A DNA stretch of 64,000 nucleotides, taken from the NCBI GenBank assembly GCA_013115125.1, contig JABANN010000017.1, positions 1-64,000 of the forward strand. Reading direction: 5' to 3'. The DNA comes from Perkinsus olseni (Eukaryota). Under the pieces are notes generated by a model. It made no database searches. It saw nothing but the letters and a program-made list of their open reading frames with translations, and had not been told where the DNA came from. The translations under genes and the position numbers were made by a program. Positions 51,367 through 64,000 of this stretch are shown here, piece by piece. Positions within the stretch are counted from its first letter, which is position 1; each line of letters opens with the position of its first letter.

Positions 51367-51828
51367 ATGATAATGATGATGAGCAGCAGCGCCCTCCTGT
51401 CAGTCCTGCTTAGTACCATCTACCTCTCTACTCTGCTCGCAGGGTGTAGTTCGAACGACAAGACAAGTAACACTACTACTACCGCACCAACCACTACTCC
51501 TGCGCCCACTTCTACCACTGCACAGAGCTTCTGTGGCAGCCTTCAGAGTCCAGTGCCTTCTACTGTGAAAGTAACGCTAGACGCTAACGGCGATATGTCC
51601 TTCCACGTGCCCGTCATGGGAGACCCTGTGGCCGACCTCAAGTACGAGTACGACGACTCTGGCAGAGACTTTCGGATAACCAATGTGAACACAAGCTCCA
51701 GTTTGAGCGACTTTAATTTCAAGTTCGCTCTTCCCAATCCTTCTGTTAAAGTTCAATCAACAAGAGGTGAGGAGTCGATGAACTTCACCCTTGGCTGGTT
51801 CCCTACTGCTGCCTTGTCCCGTTGTTGA
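51367..51828 (+). CDS. Intronless secreted/surface protein with a lipobox-like signal and a Thr/Pro-rich linker
   Basis: Hydrophobic leader ending LLAGC-SSNDK, then TTTTAPTTTPAPTSTT and a small beta-rich domain with 2 Cys. Confidence 0.7.
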   Translation: MIMMMSSSALLSVLLSTIYLSTLLAGCSSNDKTSNTTTTAPTTTPAPTSTTAQSFCGSLQSPVPSTVKVTLDANGDMSFHVPVMGDPVADLKYEYDDSGRDFRITNVNTSSSLSDFNFKFALPNPSVKVQSTRGEESMNFTLGWFPTAALSRC

Positions 51829-52888
51829 TCTGTTGCCGTACATATGCCACTTAGTTTTTGTTTGGAATATTGACTAGAACAACCTCACAGCTTCTACCCA
51901 CCGCCTTGTGTTATACAGTCTGTAAAGTGTGCGTCCAACGCAGGGAGTTGGCGATATTTTCGGCAATGGGTGAAGCGATTGCTTGGAGGGCACGAAGTGA
52001 CAGCAAAGTGCTAGGAGGTGCAAACGAGGAAGTAGCAGCTGCCGCACCCGCGGTATTTATGCGGAGTCTGATCTCGAGCGAGCTGATGATTGTGGGATAA
52101 GTTTGAGACGTATGATGATGATACGGGTGTGGGAACTGTTGTACCGCATTGTACTCGTCCCGGGCGAGTCGTCCATAGGCCGCTCATCCGCGATTATTTT
52201 TTCTTGTTTATCTAGTAGCGTGGGTGCAGTTCGATCGGTGGAAAGAGCCAAGTAGGCCCGATGCGAACTGCCCTGTGGTAGTGCGGTTACTCTTTGCCCA
52301 AGGGGGAAATTGTCGCGTTGAGACAATAGGGTGGCCCACCCTACTCCCACCCTAGGTGGGAAGAGCAGCAGCACGAGACGGTTTGCAGCTAAGACGGTCC
52401 GCTTCGAACTAGCGACGTCGCTGACAAGGCCAATGTCCTTGAACCGGAATTGTCCTCACCGACTGCATGGCGTGACATCTCCTTCGGGATACTATGTTCG
52501 GATTCCGGTCGTGTCGCTCAGAGTGCCGGATCACGGTTAAATCCTTTGGATTGAACTTCAATCATTGAAGCTTAGTTTCACAGAATCATCGCCCTACTAG
52601 CAGCGGAGCCAGATAACCCCAGCCGCGTGACTGAGGGTAGCCACATCGCCATGGAGAATACGTAAATGTACAGCACGTAGATGAGGTTCTCGAAGTCGAT
52701 ACTGACGGTAGCTATTCACAAGAGGGCTCCGTTATTGATGTGATGCACACGCAGACGCGATACTCCAACAGAACACTATTCCTCAGAATCGAAACCACAA
52801 TTACTTCTCGAGTGTGTTGTTTAGGCGGATCCACTAGTCGCAGACAGCAGCGTAGGGACCTGACCAATCGCCAAATCCTCGAACTCTA

Positions 52889-54237
52889 TCAGCCGACATG
52901 TACTACCGTTGGAGCTGGCAGCCTATCGATGATGGTCGCAACCTCGGCGGTGGAGAGGCTGAAGAAAAATTGGTATCGGGCCGACACATGGGGAATGTAT
53001 TACGTGTTGAAGGTGGTATCTTTCGCAATGCCAACCTCCACGTTAATCTCAGTGATCTTCTCCTCCATGACTTGGCGCAGCACAACCAGCGCTAAGTCCT
53101 CGGCCTACCACACGTTCGTCTACCACCTCCGGCGTGCTGTGGTATTACCTCCTTCAAAGTCATGCTGTCCTTGAACTGCTCCAGAAGGAGACTAGTAGCT
53201 CCCTCAGCAGCGGATCCGATGGCAGCAGCACGGTATCTTAGGTTGAAGCTGGCGTCTAGCGAAATGACAGCAGCGAGCACTACTTCGTATAGGAGCCACT
53301 AGGGTCAGCCATGAAGAGTTGAGGACCGTTATCAGCATCGACTCCCGCCACCAACAGGGCAACGCCGAAGGGTCGGGACATCGTCTAGCACATACACAAC
53401 ATCGCTGATGAGGCGAGCCTCAGTACGGCGATCAAAACAGCGGCACCGGTAACAGTGACACGGAAAGAACCATCCTGAATAACAAGTTCCGTGGTAATAA
53501 TACCTTCTTCTTCTTGTCACCCTTCTTCTTCTTGTCGTCAGACCTTGAGAAGTCCAAAGCCATATCGGAGATGCTGTGCACCTACAGACGACGGAGGTCG
53601 GACACCATAGTCGCCTCGCTAATATTACAATACTCTCAACCTGCATGGGCTCATTGTAAGTGAAGTCATGATTGAGAGCCTCAACACGAGCATGGTCGAC
53701 GAGGGTCCTCGCATCGGCCGTTAAGCCGGACATAGCACATCCAGCATGAGGGGCAATCTAAAAATAGCAAGTCGAAGGTACAGTCCCTCATACCACTCCC
53801 GCCACAACTCCCAGAAGATTCATACAACCCCCCAGAATGGAATAGTCCATTAATCTATAGTGAGCTAGGGTCGTTGAGGCGGCATAGTGGCTATAGCGAA
53901 GGAGCGCCCTTCCCTACCTGCATGATCTTCTCAATACTACTGGGTTCGATGAGGGGACCTGTGTAACAATACCACCACAGCACCAACAATAGCAGTCGTA
54001 GCTTACTTCCGATTCTCTTCTCTACAGCCAGTACTACTCCCTCCTTCGTAGTGATACCAATGGCCGTGGAACCGAGCTGAGTTCAGAATGAAGACGATGG
54101 AGGGGACAGCAGTCTAGCGGTACTGCCACCAATACTACCTTGACAGCCTCTATTGCGTATTCAACCTGGAAGAGACGGCCCTCTGGTGAGAAGGTGTTCA
54201 CGCCACGATCGTACTCACTCTTACCACCAAATGACAT
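52889..54237 (-). CDS. PSMA5: 20S proteasome subunit alpha type 5
   Basis: [85 protein letters not shown]. Confidence 0.96.
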
Positions 54238-54650
54238 AGACGAGTGAGAAGAACAAGGAGATTTAAGAAAACTAATTTAACTCAGCTTGTGCCACCGGGA
54301 CTTCCACTGTAATTTCGTGGCGCGCGACTGTAGAAGCCACCAATGACGGCCGATGCCGATACCCCTCCGGAGCTCAACACTTAACGCAAGCCAGTATTAG
54401 TAGTTTTTGGAATGAGCAGATACGTGGCAGTCTCGGCGGGAGGGGCGTTGAGGGGTACGGAGAGATGCCAACAGTAGCAAGAAGAGGAGAATAATGCAAA
54501 GATGATCATCATCAGTCCAGCAACAACTACCACTCAGTGACGACGATGGTTCCATTATTAATCTCAATATGCGTGCACATGTCAGCCGCTACTACTAGCG
54601 GCATCAGCAGTAACCTCAACGACTATTGGCTGCTCTTAGGGTCTTATCAT

Positions 54651-55500
54651 TTACAAGTCATCGTCATCATCATCGATGGCCTGGTCCTGGGCAGCCTGCA
54701 ATTCCTTCTCGTGTTGAGCCACGAGCTCAGGGTTGATCTGGAACTCGGGAGCCTTGGCGAACTCACCCTGAAGGAAATTGGAAACACTGACCCTCCGCAC
54801 TGCGTAGCACTCGGAATTACCTGGAAAACAAGCTGGGGCTGATTAGTGAGGCGGCGAGCCAGCCAGAGGAAGGGCTTCTCGAAGTTGTAGTTAGATCTGG
54901 CCGATAGATCGTAGTACTGCAGGTTACGCTTACGATGGAACTGGATGTTACGGGCCTTGACCTGTGGAAGGGAGGAAATGACGAAAGTGAAAGCGAAAGT
55001 GACTGTGAACTTGCCTGACGATCCTTAACATCGACCTTGTTACCAACAAGAACGATGGGGATGTTCTCGCAGACACGGACGATATCGCGATGCCAGTTGG
55101 GGACGTTCTTGTAGGTGATACGAGAGGTCACATCAAACATGATGATGGCGCACTGGCCCTGAAGGAGAGGGGGCAAAAATAACAGCAGCAGGATGGGAGG
55201 GGTGGTAGTAAGTACCTGGATGTAGTAGCCATCACGGAGGCCACCGAACTTCTCCTGACCAGCGGTATCCCACACATTGAAGATAATCTCACCGCAGTTG
55301 GTCATGAACTTCAAGGGATGGACCTTAGCACGCATGCACATGAAATGGCCTCCAACTTGACCTCAAGATACTACCTCAACACCCAGAGTAGGGATGTACT
55401 TCTTCTCGAATTCACCAGTCAAATGCCTCTTAACGAGGGTGGTCTTTCCAACACCGCCATCGCCGACCAAAAGAAGCTTGAACTCAGGAGTGCCGGACAT
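54651..55500 (-). CDS. RAN: Ran GTPase
   Basis: [52 protein letters not shown]; acidic tail IDDDDDDL*. Confidence 0.98.
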
Positions 55501-55807
55501 TGAGTATATAGGTTACAATCTTAACAAACAACAGGGATAATAACAATAGTTATCATGCATAATCGTCGTGATCCACTAGGAAGGAAGCGTAACCGTTAAC
55601 GTTTATGAGCGATAATCCGGCTCATAGCCAATCGGGCGTGCGCTAACATCATTGTGATGAAAATACACCAACGATTATGCGCCAAACTCGACAAATGAGA
55701 CAAACTTAGTGACGTTGGAGAACATAGAAACAGAAGGCATCATCATCAACAGGCCGTACAGGAATGTTATTGTTATAATCCAAGACTCGGTGCCTCAAAA
55801 TGAGCCA

Positions 55808-58186
<2,379 letters not shown>

Positions 58187-58417
58187 TGCCTGTTGAAGAG
58201 AATCCACAGCTAGAGGTGTCAGAAAGATGTTCCAACCCATCAACCCAACAACTTCCGTCAAGGCTGTAATGTTACCGTCGAATCGAGAGGCGTCTGCTTC
58301 GCACTGAACAGTGCGGAGTTCCGCAGCACCTCAGCCGCCGTTTTTACGGCAAGTAGGTGAAGGGTGTCTGCACAGGCAACTTATACGCCCGACTGAAGGG
58401 CTGACGTGGCGGCGGAC

Positions 58418-58973
58418 TCAAAGAGCCTTCAAAGCACCAAGCAGCCAAGAATGGGCATCAGACGCGAAGCCAAGGGCACCTGAGCGGCAGAGGAGGACGC
58501 TGGTCACGGAGTAGCATGCCTGTCGATAACGCCGTGAGAATACTACAGACCTACAAGGGCTGCCGAAAGTGGACCTCCCCGTTATTACACTGGGTGTATC
58601 CTAGCCGCAGTATCAGGTCGCAATGGAATGCTATCAGCAAAGCGATACCCACTCGCTTGGCGAGAGCACGGTACTGAGGAAGAAGACGGTGATACGCAAG
58701 AAGATGGTGATACGCAAGAAGGCGATCCCTATGAGTCCACGACAAAAACAACAGCATGTAAAACAACCACAGTTGGGTAGCTCGTTAGGTCGTCATTACC
58801 AAAGACTCCTCCGCGACCGCCGCCGCCGCCGCTGCCGGCTTGGCCTCGTCTTCCGTCCCTTCTGCCTGCGATGTTGAGGACCCTACAAGGTTAAACTTGT
58901 TCATAGTGAACCAGGTGATGCCTGCTGCACCCAGGGCCGCCACAAATAGACAGAAGGCTCGGAATGGACACAT
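58418..58973 (-). CDS. Small membrane protein with an MCP(F/L)R N-terminus; 3' end uncertain
   Basis: MCPFRAFCLFVAALGAAGITWFTM..; second TM RVGIALLIAFHCDL, joined in phase 0 across an intron. Confidence 0.6.
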
Positions 58974-58983
58974 TATACAACAA

Positions 58984-59040
58984 AATACACCTACCAGGGA
59001 TCGAACCCAGGACCTCTAACTCAACGCCAACAGTCTCACC
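58984..59040 (-). pseudogene. tRNA-like fragment forming a putative 49-nt 5'-UTR intron (59039-58991)
   Basis: G|GTGAG-act-gttgg-cgttgag-ttag-aggtc-ctggg-TTCGATC-cctgg-tag|gtgt-a-tttt. Confidence 0.65.
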
Positions 59041-59077
59041 AAAACTGTCGCTAATGAAGTCAGGAGGAACCAAGTCG

Positions 59078-61218
59078 CTACGAAGGTGCCCGACTACACG
59101 CGCTGCTATCCCCTACTCCACTGTACTGATTGAATTCCCCATGTATAACGCTAGCTAGCAGACGCCCATGCCGAACAGCCCACTCGTTATCCTCAGGCGG
59201 GTCCTCGCACGGCGATGGCTGTGGACACAGGACGTACCGTTGCAGCGATGCTAGTATCTGATATGGCAGCACTAGTCGGAAACACACCCCAAGTGGCTGA
59301 AGCCTGTCGTCGGCGCCGCACTGGACGGGCGGTCACTAGGGAAAGGCAAACTCTTCCCTACGGGTGTTCAGATCAGAATGCTCTTCTCCCGTGAGCGCAA
59401 CACGACAGTTCCTCTGCCCGGGTTCCTCTGCTTCCTTACCGCTTGCATATCACTGGCAGTACTGGCGGTCAAAGGGTGCTGTATTCTTAACATCAGAGCA
59501 TAGCACCACACACACCACTGGACGAAGGTTAGATCGGATCCTCGACCCTCAGGGGCACTACGACAGCCCTTATGACGAGAGCCTCTCGATACCTGACACC
59601 CTCCACTACGGTTCTGATGAACCCAGCAGCTTGCACCGAGAGCAACGAGCACTGTGTTCAGCCCTATAAACCCCTTAGAAATGGGCAAAGGGAACGAACC
59701 AAGGCGAGGACTCCCGCTGCATCCTGCGGTTAACAATCACTAAGGACAGACACCCTATCAAGTGCGTGCTGAACTCCATGATACCATAAGGTCAGGGCAT
59801 GGTCGCAGCGATAATTTTCAGTCACTGGAATGGGTGTTTCGCTGCCTGTGTTCGCATCGAACTGCCCCCTCACCCGAGCTGTCTTCGCGATCCCCTTGGC
59901 GACCGTCTCCAATGCCACAACCGCAGCCGCAGAGTCTATCTCCGCAACAACGTCTTCAGTAGGGGGACCCATCTCGGCAAAACACGCGCTACTCCAGACC
60001 GTCGGGGAAGAGGTACTCGTGCCAGGAGCCCTGAATATCACCTGGACGCAGCGGTACCCCGGCCAGGTTAAAAAAATCTCGCGCGCCACGAAACTATTTT
60101 CCTTGCCTCTTCCTGCTCGTCCATAGATGCCGCCAGTCTCTCTCTGAGGTTCCTAAACTCTGTCAGCCAGACCTCGACCTCCTCGGAATCTCGGACGCCA
60201 CTTCGATACTCCGAGTGGACTATCGGGGTCTCAATAAACGTGAAGGAGGCGAACGATGATATCGAACCGGAGCCTGGCAGGAGCCGTCGTCCGATATTAT
60301 CATAGCTTATCATCAACACGTAGAAAGACAAAGCGTTGACCAGCCGAATAATAGACTCCGCAGTGGACTGTAAAGGGGGTTCCACTACTCAGCCAATTTC
60401 GATTCGGGATTTCTCGTTTACTAGTGACAGCTGACGCGATGGCGGAGCAGACTAGAGGGAACTAGTACACAGTCTTGGAACACGTCCCCATGTGGCTCGA
60501 AAAATCGGTATCAAACACTCCCTGGTATACGAGAACTTCAACATCGAGGTTGAATGAGAAGTAGCGGGACACCCTATAGTTCCACGAGACTCAACCCGAG
60601 CTGCCGGAAGCGGTATACAATTCCCCCACATAACCTTCATCGTCATCATCATCCTCCCTCTCCGACAGCACCACCGAGGTAGCCTGCGGCCCCGAAGACC
60701 GCTGGTGTATGACTCGCTTCAGGTAGTCATTAGCATCCACTGGCATATCCTCGAAACAGGACTTCTCGCCTTGGCGTGGCTGATAGGGACCTCCAGTCAC
60801 CTGCACGATGGAGAAGAAGACCTATCTTCGGGCCGAGAGGCATTGGTGACACGATCGGCAGTGTCACCAGGCCCTTGTCGCCGTACATACTCCGGATACT
60901 ATTCGGTAGCTACAAGTGCCAGAGGCCTCCCTCACCCTACAGGGAGTGCTCTGCGTCCTACGGACTCCACCCGGTCCTCCCCCGCTTCCTGCCGTCTCCC
61001 CCGATGTCGCCGTGTCCGCTGGGAGGGCGGTGCCATTGAAGGACGCTAGCCTGGAAAGGCCTGTGGACCGTAACCAACACTCACTCTCTTAACATCCGCC
61101 CTGTAGTCTACAGCGTTAGTTTAGAGGGGTAACCGACTCCCAGAAGTGCTCAACGCTCCGACACTGTAAGAGTGGCAACGAATGGCCTCCTGTTCGAACA
61201 CAGACCGTCGCTTGCCAT
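59078..61218 (-). CDS. Gemin2/SIP1-like SMN-complex protein; start uncertain
   Basis: MPVDANDYLKRVIHQ; WLTEFRNLRERL; GPPTEDVVAEID; RLLASVIHGEFNQ. The order and spacing resemble Gemin2 motifs. Confidence 0.6.
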
Positions 61219-61298
61219 GAAACGAGGGTAACAAGTACAATCGTGACGCTAGGTCGAATAATAATAGTAGTGAGTAATGATGAGGATGAATAGGATGG

Positions 61299-63131
61299 TC
61301 ACGCCGGCATCCCTGAGAGGCCTCCGGGTATCTTCACGACGAACCCCGTGGGCAGGAGGCGATTCAGATGTGGCCGCAGCGTCAAGTAACTTTGTCGTAT
61401 CATGTTCACACTACACTGTGATACAGCCGACAACTGAAAAGAAGAAGGAAAGTAACGACAACAAAGATACACCCCTGATGGCAGCCCTACCGAGTCCAGC
61501 GATGGCTTCTTCTGGACGTTCATGGCATAGGCGACAGCCAGGAGTGCCCCAGCAGCAACGGCCGAGGGATTTCGAGACCCAATCAAGCCATACCGGCCTA
61601 AGAACAGCTAGAGGTGTCAGAAAGAAGAGGCCCACACTAGCAGCCCTCACCAGCTTGCATGGCAACATGATCAGCTGCCTTCTCACATTCCGGTATACCC
61701 AGTCTGTTGCAGTAGCGTGGCATGAAGGTATCCCCGGCCACGGCCCCCGCCGCCCCGACCTTGGCTCCCGACACCGGGCCTCCACCAGCAGCCGTACGGG
61801 CCTCCTGCACCGATGCCTTCTGGAGCATCTTCTCCAAACGCCAGAAGTTCTTAGCCACTTCTTTATCCTGTCAACAACAACGGGGAGCCACTACGAACAA
61901 ATATATACCAGTTAAGAATGCGAAGGATGCCCGGCCCTGCTGATACACAAACCGCGCAGGGCAGGAAAAATTCGCGCGCTTTTTCAACGGCCTCTCGACA
62001 GGGTAATTCGGGACGACCGAGTCGGAGGAACTCTCTATACTTGGCGCTGATGATCAAGCCCCAGGAGCAACGTCTATGGCAACGCATGGCCACGACCATC
62101 ATTAAAAATCACAAAGAGTATCCACAATCGCAGCAGTTAGAGTCAAGAACCCCATACTTAGCATGGGGTTGTTGAATACGCTCGATCACTATGTTTTACT
62201 CAACAGTAGGCAACAGACTACTACCTTCACAGTAGGTTGGGCTGCTAGTATCTCCTTAATGCTCCTCCCTGCCCCTTCCTGTCTACACGCCATGTACGTC
62301 ACCGCCAACAACCAGGGGTAGTTCGTCTTTCCCTTCAGCAACCCGTTGTCGTCCATCTGTTTTAGTATCTATGGACGGGACGAGTTACTCGGGAAAAAAC
62401 TTCGCTCCGCCGCCACCTGGCAGCATCTAGTGTAGATATTGTCCGGCAAAGCCAGTGCGTCCATGATGTCCCTGAGTATCTTATGGCCCTTATTGAGTGT
62501 ACGATCAACATTATCGCTGTTAACAGCTATCATGTGCGTGCGTGCTAATCTGCTATTACCAAAACCTGAGCAAAGATATGCTTCGTCGGGAACAGGAGAT
62601 CCATCAACATTAAACTGAATGACTCATTCCTAGAAGTCACCAACCCACACTTATCCATCTCCCGTAAACTCCTGTAATATCACTAAGCAATAGTTTAGTC
62701 AGCCAGGCCTACTTCTGTCAGAGAAGAGAAAGCCCTATCGACAACCCAGTGTGCTATCCACAGACAAACCCACTCTAGACCTCCAGATGAAAGGGCAGCG
62801 AGACAAGCCCACGCAGAACGACAATGTTATTACCGACGCTCGTTCCAAGCCCTCCAGAGTGCAGCATATTATTAGTCGTCCCGCCCACACGATTCCTGTC
62901 CGGTCCACTGCTGTCCGAGAACGTCCGCCATTCTTGCGAATCATCGATACACGACATCTCCAATATCAAACCACAATTACGGCAGATAACCGACCCTGAA
63001 GATGCGACGCAGCCTTCAACCTCAGATACCATAACCCCAGTATGACCTTGTGCATAGTCCACTACAATCTGAGTCTTCCCCTTGCACTCGGGGCACTCCA
63101 TAATATCCCGGGCTTGGACGTTGGCTGGCAT
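61299..63131 (-). CDS. TFIIB: General transcription factor TFIIB
   Basis: Zn ribbon CPECK..VDYAQG/SVICRNCGLILE; B-reader IDDSQEWRTFS..RVG; cyclin repeats FMPRYCNRLG, SRNPSAVAAG and MIRQSY. Confidence 0.94.
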
Positions 63132-63405
63132 CACCGAATGGCAAGTAGGAGGAGGAAGGAAACCAAGAAACTACCAACCATCGCGTGACAGAAGCCTCCC
63201 GAAGACAGCGTTCTTTCTCGAACCCCAACGCCCTGGTATTCCATTATCAGCTCAGCCGAAAGGTCTTCCTGTACTTTACTCAACAACAGCTGGCATTCCC
63301 GCAAGCATCAGAAACACATCACTCTGAAACCATGTGATTTTTACGATTGAATATACTGCTACTACCGCGGAAGACAGACAAAGTCATTGATAGATCTCAG
63401 AAGCC

Positions 63406-64000
63406 ATGCATCATCTTCATCAAAGACGGCGGGAGGGGCGGCAGAGGGGCGGAGGAAGGAGAGGAGGAAGGTCGCGGAGCTGGGGGCGGCGGCGGACGAG
63501 GCAGGGGAGACGCGGGCTCATTCATACCAACTTTCTCCTCACTCGTGGTACCTGTACCAAAGCCTGCGCCTGCGGCCCTTCACTACACTGTCGCACCCTC
63601 ATCACTCTCTGCCTTCGCCTCTCGCTTCTTCTTCCTCTGCTCCCGCTTCAGCTTCCTCCGTATCGTTAACGGCGACTCCTCCGCAGGCTCACACACCTAC
63701 CACACTTTCCCTAACTCCAACCGACTAACCCCTATTGCAGTAACTCTAACACGCTACGAACAAGGCGAAGACCGGCAGTCAGCGAAAGTCGCCTATCACC
63801 TCATCAAGCGTGGCTCCATCCAACAGCATCGTCCGTGCCCTTACAAACTCGCCATGGAGGACCTGCCGAACGTACTCAACCCCTCTTCCCCGCCGCTATA
63901 TGTTACCTCCCACACTGCCTTGCTCATCGGGTTCACATCCTTCTTACTGATAGGGCATCTCATCACTAACACCGGCTCTTGTTGCGGCTGGGGCTCCTCT
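63406..64000 (+). CDS. Possible 5' part of a gene running off the window end
   Basis: R/G-rich ORF at 63406 and an open hydrophobic stretch near the end; no family recognised. Confidence 0.25.

Overview
Gene-dense, intron-rich eukaryotic genomic DNA, most likely from a Perkinsus-like alveolate. This is inferred from ~50-nt GT-AG introns, very short intergenic spacers, trinucleotide microsatellites and the gene set; it is not proven. About 27 protein-coding loci can be read by manual splicing. Recognisable ones are an intronless MmpL/RND transporter, a Mei2-like RRM protein, a calmodulin-like protein, PP1, RPL14, a stand-alone CheY-like receiver, a DnaJ protein, a PPEF-type phosphatase, an EF-hand protein, otubain, two tandem C2 proteins, ABHD13, a CFAP97-domain protein, a PCO/ADO dioxygenase, VPS4, PSMA5, Ran, uridine kinase, a Gemin2-like protein and TFIIB; the rest are hypothetical. 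Three signals are not explained by the genes. (1) At least eight short spliceosomal introns (one putative) consist largely of tRNA 3'-half sequence, in either orientation. Five consecutive introns of the PPEF gene carry tRNA-like pieces, and in several cases the tRNA sequence itself supplies the splice site. (2) Long introns and intergenic DNA are strongly enriched in inverted repeats with a single-nucleotide spacer, often in zig-zag chains. (3) A 17-22-nt motif resembling LSU rRNA occurs three times within 4.4 kb. Exon boundaries were derived by eye, and the termini of hypothetical genes are approximate.
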